A stretch of 63,872 nt of DNA, counting the filler, from Acidimicrobiia bacterium (lineage in GTDB: Bacteria > Actinomycetota > Acidimicrobiia > Spongiisociales > CAZKJJ01), in assembly GCA_046759765.1 (NCBI GenBank). It is 9 parts of 9 records of this genome, joined end to end, with 100 filler letters (N's around TTAATTAATTAA, not from the genome) between each part and the next. Parts side by side here need not be neighbours in the genome. Positions count along the whole stretch, not along the records: positions 1 to 7,189 come from JBHICV010000127.1; positions 7,290 to 14,454 come from JBHICV010000128.1; 7 more parts are not named here. One strand, written 5' to 3'. Made by a program: the position numbers and the translations under genes. Each line of letters starts with the position of its first letter. Within the stretch, counting starts at the first letter, position 1. Positions 1 through 8,781 of the stretch are shown one piece after another. A model generated the notes under the pieces. It did not search any database and was not told the origin of the DNA. It saw only the letters and a program-made list of their open reading frames with translations.

Positions 1-68
1 TCTTGGGCAGGGTTGCCTCCCCGCGATTCGCGACTGAGAATCCTGGTGACAGAGAGGAGGTGATTCAT

Positions 69-383
69 ATGGCCACGGTGGTGTCTGTTCAGATTCCCCT
101 GGGCGAGCCGCTGTCCTCTGAGGAAGCGAGGCGCCTGGCGGAAGAGACTGCCCCGAAGTACAAGGAGGCCCCGGGTCTGGTCCGCAAGTACTTTGTGCGC
201 GGCGAGGACGGTTTGACCTGGGGAGGGATCTACCTATGGGAGACGCGTGCGCAGGCCGAGATGCTTTTCGATGAAGCGTGGCATAAGCGGGTCAGCGAGA
301 CGTACGGGAGTCCCCCCACGATGGTGTGGGTCGACTGTCCGTTGGTGTTGGACAACCGTCACGGTGAGGTAATCACCGACTGA
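69..383 (+). CDS. YdhR-family putative monooxygenase (dimeric alpha-beta barrel)
   Basis: GAGGAGG RBS before ATG at 69; motifs PGLVRKYF and GGIYLWET typical of YdhR-like proteins. Confidence 0.8.
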   Translation: MATVVSVQIPLGEPLSSEEARRLAEETAPKYKEAPGLVRKYFVRGEDGLTWGGIYLWETRAQAEMLFDEAWHKRVSETYGSPPTMVWVDCPLVLDNRHGEVITD

Positions 384-482
384 TCGCAGGCGAGAGCTCA
401 TAACACTCGGTCTTGTGTGATCGCTCCATTCCGTAGGTGCGCCGTAACGGCACATCCAGGATCGGTCTAGCGCCAGCTCTGC

Positions 483-500
483 TGTCAGGTTATCCTGACA
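483..500 (+). promoter_or_regulatory. Palindromic operator TGTCAGG-N4-CCTGACA overlapping a -10 box (TATCCT, 491-496)
   Basis: Perfect 7-bp inverted repeat ending 3 nt before the ATG at 504; no RBS, geometry fits a leaderless transcript. Confidence 0.65.
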
Positions 501-503
501 TGC

Positions 504-821
504 ATGAAGGTGATCGATGTTGATTCGTTGCCGGCTAATCCGCTGGACGCGCTGCGCGAACTATCCCGTGCCGATGTCGAGCTCGAGGCGCTGCGACGTG
601 AGCGAGTGGAAGTAGCGCGTCGCCAGGGCGCCACGTGGGAACAGATTGGAGAGAGCTTGGGGATGTCTCGCCAGTCAGCGTGGGAGTACTACACCCGCGA
701 TGTGCGACGTGCGCTCGACGAGACCGTCGTCGATTCCGATATCGATGAGACCGAAGCGATGCGGGTCGCCACCGAGGAGGTCAGCCGGGTTCGGCGCCGA
801 CGCCGGCCGGCCGCGTCTTGA
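504..821 (+). CDS. HTH-domain protein, probable antitoxin
   Basis: ARRQGATWEQIGESLGMSRQSAWEYY helix-turn-helix; lies directly upstream of a PIN toxin gene. Confidence 0.75.
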   Translation: MKVIDVDSLPANPLDALRELSRADVELEALRRERVEVARRQGATWEQIGESLGMSRQSAWEYYTRDVRRALDETVVDSDIDETEAMRVATEEVSRVRRRRRPAAS

Positions 822-830
822 GCGTCACCG

Positions 831-1245
831 ATGCGGGTGGTGCTCGACGCCAACATCATGGTCTCTGCGGCCATCAGCGAGGGCCCTTCGCATCGGATCA
901 TGCAGGCCTGGCTGCGAGATCAGCGGTTCGAGTTGGTGATCTGCGACCGAATGATCCAGGAGGTTCAAAGCGTGCTTACTGAGCGACCACGACTTCGCAG
1001 GTGGATCTCCCTCGAGGCAGCAGCGCTGAATCACCAGGCTCACCACCACCGCCGACATCCAACCCGACCCGCCGCCGGGACCGGCGCTGACCCAAGATCC
1101 CGACGACGACTACGTGATCCATCTGGCGCGTGCACATCATGCAGATCTGATCGTCACCGGCGACACCGACCTCCTCCAGTGGCCTGACCAGAACCCACCC
1201 GCGATCACACCGGCCGACTTCGAAAAGAGGATGAGCGAACTGTGA
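831..1245 (+). pseudogene. PIN-domain (PIN_3/VapC-like) toxin, frameshifted near 1029
   Basis: N-terminus MRVVLDANIMVSA; the +1 frame continues ...QDPDDDYVIHLARAHHADLIVTGDTDLL...ITPADF to TGA at 1243-1245. Confidence 0.85.
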
Positions 1246-1738
1246 CGGTCCCAGCCATCCCCTGGCGCCGGTCGTATCCCGCACACCACGCCGATCACCA
1301 AATCCCGATCACGAACGAGCTCCGGAAGTTCCCGAGAGCGGCACGTCGTGATCGCTTTGTGGTGTGCTTTCTGTCAGGAAGCTCGGCGCTTGATGGTTGT
1401 CACTGGCGGTGGCCGTCTGTAGTCCTCGGAGATGCCGGATCCGAGCGCGGCCACCGAAAAGTGGCTACCCAGTATCGACCACGCCGCTCCCCAGGTCTGC
1501 TGAGAGGCGTCAGAATGGCTTCGGCACGCAGTCCGGGAAAGCCGAGGTGCTATCGAAGCCGTTGGGGATCCGACAGCCGTGCATCGATCCGAAGTGTGAG
1601 AGCCCAAGACGCTTGGGCCGCGGCTGGGCCGCGGGAGAACCGAAAACGCCGCAAAACGACGCAAACTGTTGCAAGCCAAAAGCCCAATAGCCACAAGGCC
1701 TTTTCGAGATTCCGCTAACAACGGCTAGACCCCCCGAG

Positions 1739-1786
1739 GGGACTTTTAATCCCAAGGTCGTGGGTTCGATTCCCACCCGGCCCACC
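1739..1786 (+). tRNA. 3' part of tRNA-Lys(TTT), an att core and not an intact tRNA
   Basis: Anticodon loop CTTTTAA, T-arm GTGGG-TTCGATT-CCCAC, acceptor strand CCGGCCC-A-CC; no D-arm or 5' acceptor strand upstream. Confidence 0.85.
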
Positions 1787-1879
1787 GACTGAAAGCCCTG
1801 GCCAGGGGCCATACCACTGCCAGCCAAGGCTTGCGTTCGTTCTGACAGCTGCCCTTCTGATCACGGAATGCTCACAGAA

Positions 1880-3082
1880 TCAACCGAACAACAGTTCGGC
1901 TACTCGGTCCGCGGCGTCCTCCTGAAGCGCGGGTATGACATGGCTATAGGTATCGAGGGTCAGCTGTACGGTGGCGTGACCGAGCCTCTCGGACACCACC
2001 TTGGGATGAATACCAGCCTGGAGCATCAGACTCGCGTGGGTGTGGCGAAGATCGTGGAGGCGAATCCGAGGCACATCCGCTTCGCTCTGTAACCGCTGGA
2101 AGAGCTTGGAGAACCGATCCGGGCGAACAGGTTGGCCGCCCTCGGTCGTAAACAGGTAACCGGTGTCCCGCCACTCCTGGCCCAGGGCCATCCTCTCCTC
2201 AAGCTGCCGTCGCCGGTGCTCCTTCAGGATCGCGACCGTGGTGGGATCAAGGCTGATCTGCCGACGACCACGAGCCGTCTTTGGTGCCTGCAACTCAACG
2301 TTATGACGCACGAGCACTCGGGACCGCCGTACAGAAACCCGTCGATTGTCGAGATCAACGTCCTCCCATCGGAGTCCTGCCAGTTCACCGCGTCGGAGGC
2401 CCGTTGTGGCCGCCAAAAGCCAAGCTGCGTATAGCCGGTGGTCTTCGACAGAGAGAAGAAAACGACGAAGTTCATCCGCCGTCCACACGGTCAACTCTCG
2501 GGAGCCACTCATGGCTGACTTCGGAGGGTCCGCGTAGTCCGCTGGGTTGCGAACCATCAGGTTCCAGCGGACGGCATCCCTGAACGCTTTACGGAGGATG
2601 GTGTGGATATACCGAACAGTCCTGGGGCTCAGCCCACCGCGCTCATCGACGCGTCCCTCTTTGAGCAATCCGTCATACATCGCGTTGAGCGTTCCCGGTG
2701 TAACAGCCTGCAGCCTCACCTTTCCGATCCTCGGGTTGATATGGGTCACGATCTTGCTGCGGTAGCTGTCCCAGGTGGAGGGTCGGAGCCGCGCTCCCAT
2801 GGCTGAAAGCCACTCCTCAGTGAGGTAGGTCTCCACAGTGAGTCGCCGGGGTTCGACATACGACCTGCTGTCGATGTCGGCCTGGATCTTCGCCAGTTTC
2901 GAGACAGCCTCATCCTTGGTCCCGAAACCCGACTTGGACCGCTGCTTTCGTTTCGCGCCTTTGGGTGCCGTGTCGATGGTGTAGGCCCAGCTGAATCGAT
3001 CCGATCCGCAGTTCTCGCATTTCCTGTCTGGGACTCGGCGGCCGCAGGATGTGCAGCGCCGGTAGATCGATCCTCTTCTCAT
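1880..3082 (-). CDS. int: Tyrosine recombinase/integrase
   Basis: Catalytic motifs GLRRGE, PKT, HDLRH, LGH, TYSH; N-terminal arm-binding and SAM-like domains. Confidence 0.95.
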   Translation of the reverse strand: MRRGSIYRRCTSCGRRVPDRKCENCGSDRFSWAYTIDTAPKGAKRKQRSKSGFGTKDEAVSKLAKIQADIDSRSYVEPRRLTVETYLTEEWLSAMGARLRPSTWDSYRSKIVTHINPRIGKVRLQAVTPGTLNAMYDGLLKEGRVDERGGLSPRTVRYIHTILRKAFRDAVRWNLMVRNPADYADPPKSAMSGSRELTVWTADELRRFLLSVEDHRLYAAWLLAATTGLRRGELAGLRWEDVDLDNRRVSVRRSRVLVRHNVELQAPKTARGRRQISLDPTTVAILKEHRRRQLEERMALGQEWRDTGYLFTTEGGQPVRPDRFSKLFQRLQSEADVPRIRLHDLRHTHASLMLQAGIHPKVVSERLGHATVQLTLDTYSHVIPALQEDAADRVAELLFG

Positions 3083-3669
3083 AGCTGCTCTCCTTCCTGT
3101 TGCCGGTTCGCTGTGTCGATTTCGTTCTGGATCTGGGCGAGCTGTGATTCGGCTACGGCTCTCCGGCGTTCAAGATGGCTTATCCATAGGGCAGTGTTCT
3201 CTGGACCGGGGTCACGGTGATCGGCGCGTTTGGCTTGCGGCTGGTTGTCTCGCCAGACGAACAGGCGGTAGAGCGCTGGCTCGGGCTCGTCGGGAGGCGT
3301 GCGACTTCGGATCGCCCGCTCGGCTTCGTGGGGCGAGAGTGTCAGATCTCCCCCTAGATCCACGCCGCTTGCGTCCGGATCCCAGAGCAGTCCCATGGGA
3401 CTAAGGAGGGCTGAGACCCTTGTCCGCAGGGCAAGGGCGAGGCCGAGCAGTTCATCAACTCCAACGGAGCGCCTTGCTGCCTCGACCTCCCCGACGGTCT
3501 GTCGCACCCACGTGCCGTGGTCGAGGGCTCTCATTCTCTCAGCCAAATCCTGCTGGCTGAGTCGGCTTAGGTCACGGAAGACCCGCAGGTTTGACCCAAG
3601 CACCTCGGCCATGAACCGGGTGCCAGGCGCTGGCTGGCGTTTCGATCGGCTGGGGGTGGCCGGGGCCAT
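3079..3669 (-). CDS. XRE-family HTH repressor-like protein
   Basis: LSQQDLAERM...WVRQTVGEVEAARRSVGVDELLGLALAL; overlaps the int start by 4 nt. Confidence 0.8.
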   Translation of the reverse strand: MAPATPSRSKRQPAPGTRFMAEVLGSNLRVFRDLSRLSQQDLAERMRALDHGTWVRQTVGEVEAARRSVGVDELLGLALALRTRVSALLSPMGLLWDPDASGVDLGGDLTLSPHEAERAIRSRTPPDEPEPALYRLFVWRDNQPQAKRADHRDPGPENTALWISHLERRRAVAESQLAQIQNEIDTANRQQEGEQL

Positions 3670-3698
3670 TCGATCCTCCTTAGTCAGACAATCGTGCC

Positions 3699-3727
3699 TT
3701 GTGTTTCTCTTGCCTTGCCTCTAGACT
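3699..3727 (+). promoter_or_regulatory. SigA-like promoter TTGTGT-N17-TAGACT for a leaderless cro-like gene
   Basis: -10 box ends 6 nt before the ATG at 3734; a TCTTGCC...GGCAAGA inverted repeat overlaps it (candidate operator). Confidence 0.5.
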
Positions 3728-3733
3728 GGCAAG

Positions 3734-4069
3734 ATGCACCGAACACAGCGCAAGAATAGCCAACCTGACCGGAACGGGCAACTGACGGAGTTGCAGCGGC
3801 TGCGTCTTAGCCGCGGGCTAACAGTCGAAGAAGTCGGATATCTAGCGGGAGTGAACCAGTCCACAGTTTCCCGGGTGGAGCGGGGCCTGGCCCGGCCCCG
3901 ACCCAGGACTCTGGTCCGGTTAGCGAGGGCGTACGGGCTTGCGCCCGGGGAATTCGACCGGATCGTGACTGATCTGGTGGGACTCCTTCAGCAGTCACAT
4001 CTAGGGGCGGATGCACCCCGCATACAGGAGCGGCCGTCCGTACAGCATGATCCGCCGAAAAGCCAATGA
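3734..4069 (+). CDS. XRE/Cro-like HTH protein
   Basis: LRLSRGLTVEEVGYLAGVNQSTVSRVERG. Confidence 0.85.
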   Translation: MHRTQRKNSQPDRNGQLTELQRLRLSRGLTVEEVGYLAGVNQSTVSRVERGLARPRPRTLVRLARAYGLAPGEFDRIVTDLVGLLQQSHLGADAPRIQERPSVQHDPPKSQ

Positions 4070-4557
4070 ACGAAGAGATGGATATTGCAATAGCAATCGG
4101 CGACGCCGCCGTAAACGGATCGGTCGGCATCACCGCCGAGCCCCCTGAGGGAGAGCCAACGGATCGGGAAGGTGAGGCATACAAGGACATCGGCTATGTC
4201 CTCCACGTCCCCGGGTGTGACGCTGTTCAGCAGGCCCGGCGTCTCCTACCCGTTGATCGGCCCCCCGAAGGATACGACGGCCCGTGGTTGAGGGTGCCGA
4301 GAATTGGCCAATGGGGAGGCGTATCCGTCCACGGACACTCTCTCGCCCTCTCTTACCTGCGCCCGTGCGATAGGTGTTGGCTAGCCGCCTGGACTCAGCC
4401 CCAGCTGGCTACATGGACTGAGCCCCAGCTGGCGATCGAGTCACCTCTCTACATGGAACAAGAGGAAGGCCCCAAGATTGACGTCTCCGATCCTGGGCCT
4501 CCTGAAGCCGGGAATGGCCACATGCCTGGAGAGGGGACAGGTTTGGCTGACGAATGA
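4066..4557 (+). CDS. Hypothetical protein with a possible H-x3-C...CxxC metal site
   Basis: ATGA overlaps at both ends within the operon; HVPGC and PCDRC. Confidence 0.55.
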   Translation: MNEEMDIAIAIGDAAVNGSVGITAEPPEGEPTDREGEAYKDIGYVLHVPGCDAVQQARRLLPVDRPPEGYDGPWLRVPRIGQWGGVSVHGHSLALSYLRPCDRCWLAAWTQPQLATWTEPQLAIESPLYMEQEEGPKIDVSDPGPPEAGNGHMPGEGTGLADE

Positions 4558-4787
4558 TTATTGACGAAGCGCCCGAGGTATTGACGGTTCCAGAGGTGGC
4601 TCAGGTCCTACGGATCGGGAGAAATGCCGCTTATCAGCTCGTCCGAGAGGGTGTGATCCCCCACGTCCGACTCGGCAAGACGATTCGAGTTCCCAAGGCT
4701 GCGCTTCTCCGTTATCTCGGATTGGACCCGCCCGAACAAGGGAACGGCCCCGGGCAGGGGGCCGCCCCTAGTCCTCCAGCTGTCTGA
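4554..4787 (+). CDS. xis: Excisionase-family DNA-binding protein (HTH_17)
   Basis: VLTVPEVAQVLRIGRNAAYQLVREGVIPHVRLGKTIRVPK. Confidence 0.9.
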   Translation: MIIDEAPEVLTVPEVAQVLRIGRNAAYQLVREGVIPHVRLGKTIRVPKAALLRYLGLDPPEQGNGPGQGAAPSPPAV

Positions 4788-4828
4788 AGGAAACCATCCT
4801 GGACGCTAACAGCGACCCGTCCGATCCT

Positions 4829-6334
4829 TTGGCTTCGCCTGACGAGATAGGGCTGCCGTGGATATTGCCGACGATCGTCGTCACCAATCGCCACTTGCGT
4901 GATCTCAGCTATGAGGCGCTCCGGGCCCTGGTGCAGGCCAACGATCCCCCTGAGGTGTTCGTTCACGCCGGTGGCTTGGCCCGGCTACGAAGAGACGACG
5001 GAGGCTGCCGAGCCGAGCGGATGAGCACGGCGATGTTCAGGGGACGACTTGATCGAGTAGCCGACTTCGTTCGCATAACCGACACGGGTAACTCGGTCGC
5101 AGCGAGGCCTCCGTCAGATGTCGTATCCGACCTATTAGCGGCGGGGGGGTGGCCCGAGATGCCACCTCTCGATCGGATTGTTACGGCACCTGTCTTCGCT
5201 TCTGATGGCAGTCTCATGACCGACCCTGGTTATCACCGGCGTGCACGCGTCTACTACCACGCAGCGGGCGCCACCAAGAAGATCGATATGTCGTCCGAGC
5301 CGACGGAGGCGGAGCTCAGGCGATCTGTCGATCTGATAGTTGGTGACCTGCTGGTCGAGTTCCCTTTTGTCGAATCGGCTGACCGGGCAAACACCGTAGC
5401 CATGTTGCCACTCCCTTTTGCAAGGTCCCTTTTTGATGGACCGACTCCTCTCCATGTGGTCGAGGCGCCGACGCCGGGGAGCGGGAAGACGCTCTTGGTG
5501 CAAGCGGCTCTTCTCCCTTTCCTCGGGCGGATCGTTGAGGGTATGGCGGAGGGCCGGGATGAGGACGAGTGGCGGAAACGGCTCACATCGAAACTGGCAA
5601 TGGCGCCGGAAGCCTTCTTCATTGACAACATCCAGAGCGAACTCAGGTCCAGCAGCCTCGCCTCGGCGATAACGGCCTCATTCTGGGAAGACCGCCGTCT
5701 GGGCAAGTCCGAGATCGTGCGCTATCCGGTCCGCTGCCTGTGGGTCGTTACGGGAAACAACCCGCAGCTATCCATTGAGCTTGCCCGGCGGGCCATCCCG
5801 ATTCGCCTCGACGCCAATGAGCAACGGCCGTGGCAGCGGACCTCGTTCAAACACCCCCTACCGGAGTGGGCGATCGATCACCGAACCGAACTCGTGGAGG
5901 CTGCCCTAACGATCATCCACTATTGGCTAACAGAAGAAAGGCCTCCTGCCCAGCATGCCGTTCCCATGGGGATGTTTGATGGGTGGTCACGAACCATGGC
6001 CGGGATTCTTGAGACGGCAGGGATAGATGGGTTCATGGCCAACGCCGACCGGTTCTACGAAGCCGCCGATGTGGAAACGGCCGAACTCGGAGAGTTCATC
6101 GAGAGCTGGTGGGCTCAATACGGCGATCGGCACGTTGGAGTAGCTGACCTTTTCGCCATCGCCGACGATTGTGGTTTTTTTGACCTCGGTGAGGGAACGC
6201 CAAAAAGCCAGCGCACCAAGCTGGGTCAGCAGCTCAGGGGACTACGCGACAAGGTCGTCGGAGGTCACAAGATCATCGCCGGGGGCAAAGTGCAAAACGC
6301 CCTGAAGTGGAGGCTGGAGAGGTTTAAGCCTTAG
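4829..6334 (+). CDS. P-loop NTPase, probable replication helicase (primase-helicase C-terminal type); start uncertain
   Basis: Walker A PTPGSGKT, Walker B FFIDN, VVTGNN and ELARR motifs; position after xis. Confidence 0.7.
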   Translation: MASPDEIGLPWILPTIVVTNRHLRDLSYEALRALVQANDPPEVFVHAGGLARLRRDDGGCRAERMSTAMFRGRLDRVADFVRITDTGNSVAARPPSDVVSDLLAAGGWPEMPPLDRIVTAPVFASDGSLMTDPGYHRRARVYYHAAGATKKIDMSSEPTEAELRRSVDLIVGDLLVEFPFVESADRANTVAMLPLPFARSLFDGPTPLHVVEAPTPGSGKTLLVQAALLPFLGRIVEGMAEGRDEDEWRKRLTSKLAMAPEAFFIDNIQSELRSSSLASAITASFWEDRRLGKSEIVRYPVRCLWVVTGNNPQLSIELARRAIPIRLDANEQRPWQRTSFKHPLPEWAIDHRTELVEAALTIIHYWLTEERPPAQHAVPMGMFDGWSRTMAGILETAGIDGFMANADRFYEAADVETAELGEFIESWWAQYGDRHVGVADLFAIADDCGFFDLGEGTPKSQRTKLGQQLRGLRDKVVGGHKIIAGGKVQNALKWRLERFKP

Positions 6335-6425
6335 AGTTGTCGCCCCAGACATCGCCGTAGCTACATCAGCAGTCCCTCCCGGGCACTGTTGACCCCGTCC
6401 CCGCCCCTAGCCGGACCTGGTGCGA

Positions 6426-6535
6426 GTTGAACCTCGTTAACTTCGTGAACCTTTTCCGTACGTGGAGTAGGGAACGAATGATCACCTGATGTGGATTCGG
6501 GTGGCACACAGGTTCACTAGGCCCCTTCCGTTCAC
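6426..6535. repeat. Iteron-like short repeats after rep (candidate origin)
   Basis: GTTGAACCT, CGTTAACTT, CGTGAACCT in tandem (6426-6452) plus inverted AGGTTCAC (6510) and CGTTCAC (6529). Confidence 0.5.
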
Positions 6536-6861
6536 AATCACTGTGGTCTCCCCTGTAGACAGCGCTCAAATCGTGCGACGGAGGGCCTGGTCCTGGTGGT
6601 CAGTGCCGCACCGGAGGATCAGATCGCTGTGGCACATCGCCGTTTAGGACGTGAAAAAGATCTGTCAGTGGCCGCCTACATCTAGTCATCGAAGCGTACG
6701 GTGGCTGTACCGGGGACCGCCTGTGATCCACCTCCCTCGTCCCCATTTACCTAGCGGGAGGTTGTCCCTGGGTTGCGGTCCTTTCGGCTACCCGACTGAT
6801 CCATGCAGAGGCATCAGAGGGGCACCACTCTGATCCGCAGCGGTAGCGCATATTGCCTGCC

Positions 6862-7189
6862 GGCTCAAGGGGTGAACGCAACACCATGGCGAGTTGATGG
6901 CTGGTTGTGGAGGTTGCGATGCGAAGGTTCACGGAGGCGGAGATTGCGGAGGTTTGGGATAGGCGGCAGAGGGGTGAGGCCACCCGGTCGATAGCCCGTC
7001 GGCTGGGTCGGAACGGGTCGTCGATTCGGAGGCTGTTCGAGGACGCCGGCGGGGTTCGTCCTTCTCTGAGACGTCGGGCGGAGCGGCATCTGTCGCTGAG
7101 GGAGCGGGAGGAGATCTCCCGGGGAGTGGCTGCGGGCGAGTCGCTGCGGGCTATTGCTTCCCGGCTGGAGCGGTCACCTTCCACAGTGA
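6862..7189 (+). mobile_element. IS30-family element, left end, truncated by contig end
   Basis: End-like sequence GGCTCAAGGGGTGAACGCAACACC followed by the transposase N-terminus. Confidence 0.8.
6919..7189 (+). CDS. IS30-family transposase, N-terminal fragment
   Basis: Double HTH, HLSLREREEISRGVAAGESLRAIASRLERSPSTV. Confidence 0.9.
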
Positions 7190-7289
7190 NNNNNNNNNNN
7201 NNNNNNNNNNNNNNNNNNNNNNNNNNNNNNNNNTTAATTAATTAANNNNNNNNNNNNNNNNNNNNNNNNNNNNNNNNNNNNNNNNNNNN
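7190..7289. other. Artificial contig spacer
   Basis: N44-TTAATTAATTAA-N44. Confidence 0.99.
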
Positions 7290-7631
7290 GGCCGTGTCTC
7301 AGTCCCAGTGTGACTGGCCGTCCTCTCAGACCAGCTACCCGTCATAGCCTTGGTGGGCTGTTACCCACACCAACAAGCTGATAGGCCGCGAGGCCATCCC
7401 GAAGCGTCGGGGCCTTTCCTCACCAGGCCATGCGGCCCGGCGAGGGTATCCGGTATTAATCCGGGTTTCCCCGGGCTATCCCGGTCTTCGGGGCAGGTTC
7501 CTCACGTGTTACTCACCCGTTCGCCGCTCCGTCACCGGCTGTGCTTACGCACTGCCGGCGCGTCGCTCGACTTGCATGCATTAGGCACGCCGCCAGCGTT
7601 CGTCCTGAGCCAGGATCAAACTCTCCGACGT
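7290..7631 (-). rRNA. rrs: 16S rRNA, 5' ~340 nt (partial)
   Basis: Minus strand reads AGAGTTTGATCCTGGCTCAGGACGAACGCTGGCGGCGTGCCTAATGCATGCAAGTCG...ACTGGGACTGAGACACGGC. Confidence 0.98.
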
Positions 7632-7735
7632 TACATCTCAAAGAGATGTCAGAGATTGCCGGTGCTGGCACACCGACAGGAGTACGCCTCCGGACGAGGT
7701 CCGAAGGCAAGGCATTCTGACTCGACACGCTGTTT

Positions 7736-7749
7736 AGTTGTCAAGGAGC
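7736..7749 (-). promoter_or_regulatory. rrn leader boxA-like antitermination site
   Basis: GCTCCTTGACAACT about 105 nt upstream of 16S; extended -10 TGCTACACT at 7792-7800. Confidence 0.55.
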
Positions 7750-7869
7750 CCCGATCTCGCGCGCGACAAGAAGCCGCCACGCGGCTTGAGGAGTGTAGCA
7801 CGCTCCTCTGCCATTGTGAGGTGCGTTACCACTTGTCCAAACGCGGGCCAGACGTATTAACTTCCCGCC

Positions 7870-8781
7870 ATGCTCGACCGGTTAACGACGAGGCGAAGAC
7901 GGAGATTCTTCTCGGGTGGGTGGGGTCCGAGACCCGCTCTGGAACGCTATCTCGAGGTGCTTGGCGAGCCTCCTCCGAGTCAGGGAATCTCGGTCTCTTG
8001 GTCGCCTCCCTACGCCCAAGACAGCCTCTGGCAGCGCGACGGGACGTACAAAAGCCCGCACCAATATCTTCCTACGGAAGCGCGCCGCGGCCGGCTTCGG
8101 CTCGTGTGGCGGCACGCTGTGCCCGAGCGGGTCTGTGTTCTATTCGCCGCCACCAACGAGCATGGGTACAAGAGCCGGTTCCGGGTAGCTCTGCGGCTGA
8201 TCGAGGCGGGTATCGCCGTCGCCATTCCGGAGAACCCCTTCTACGGATCGCGCCGGGTTCCCGGTGGTGGACCGCACACCGTCTACGAGTCCCTCGTGAT
8301 GGGACGGGCATCGGTTGAGGAGGGACTAGCCCTCGTATCGGTTCTCAGCGACGACTTCGCGGTCGGCGTCTCCGGTTACAGCATGGGCGGCTCGATTGCG
8401 AGCCTCGTCAGCGCTACTTCACCAATTCCTGTCGCTACCGCCGCCATGGGAGCCTCCCACTCACCGGCGCCCGTCTTCACCGAAGGAGCTCTCGCTCACT
8501 ACGTGGACTGGTCCGCACTTGGTGGCGAGAACGCGAGACGAGAGCTGGCAATGACATTGGGGCAAGCCTCGACCCTTCGCGCTCCGGCTCCTGCTCATAC
8601 CGCCGGTGCAATCTTGGCGTTGGCCCGACAAGACCTGTATGTCCCTCCCCACTCGGTCATCGATCTTCATCGCCACTGGCCCGGCTCTGAACTCCGCTGG
8701 CTCAGAGGTGGGCATGCCTCGCTACATCTCCGCGGGCGGGCTCAGGCTCGCCTTATTAGGGACGCGTTCTCGCGGCTCTAA
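7870..8781 (+). CDS. Alpha/beta hydrolase, ABHD18 (DUF2048)-like
   Basis: FFSGGWG N-terminus, ENPFYGSR, nucleophile elbow GYSMGG, acid D (RQDLYVP), His in GGHAS. Confidence 0.8.
   Translation: MLDRLTTRRRRRFFSGGWGPRPALERYLEVLGEPPPSQGISVSWSPPYAQDSLWQRDGTYKSPHQYLPTEARRGRLRLVWRHAVPERVCVLFAATNEHGYKSRFRVALRLIEAGIAVAIPENPFYGSRRVPGGGPHTVYESLVMGRASVEEGLALVSVLSDDFAVGVSGYSMGGSIASLVSATSPIPVATAAMGASHSPAPVFTEGALAHYVDWSALGGENARRELAMTLGQASTLRAPAPAHTAGAILALARQDLYVPPHSVIDLHRHWPGSELRWLRGGHASLHLRGRAQARLIRDAFSRL

Larger units (their letters stand above)
1739..6860. mobile_element. Integrative element / phage-satellite-like island (att-int-HTH/HTH-xis-rep-ori); right end not seen
   Basis: tRNA att core, tyrosine integrase, divergent XRE pair, excisionase and P-loop replication protein. 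Confidence 0.8.

Noticed and set aside
1700..1790. Intact tRNA-Lys gene
   Set aside because: The 5' acceptor strand and D-arm are missing; it is only the att-core fragment
1242..1827. Several overlapping ORFs of 97-158 aa
   Set aside because: No recognisable motifs; they span the att arm region
7190..7289. Recurring TTAATTAATTAA flanked by N runs (8 copies)
   Set aside because: Artificial all-frame-stop contig linker; contigs are length-sorted, so cross-spacer neighbourhoods are not biological
7350..8318. 322-aa ORF
   Set aside because: Antisense to the 16S rRNA and its leader, and out of frame with the hydrolase gene
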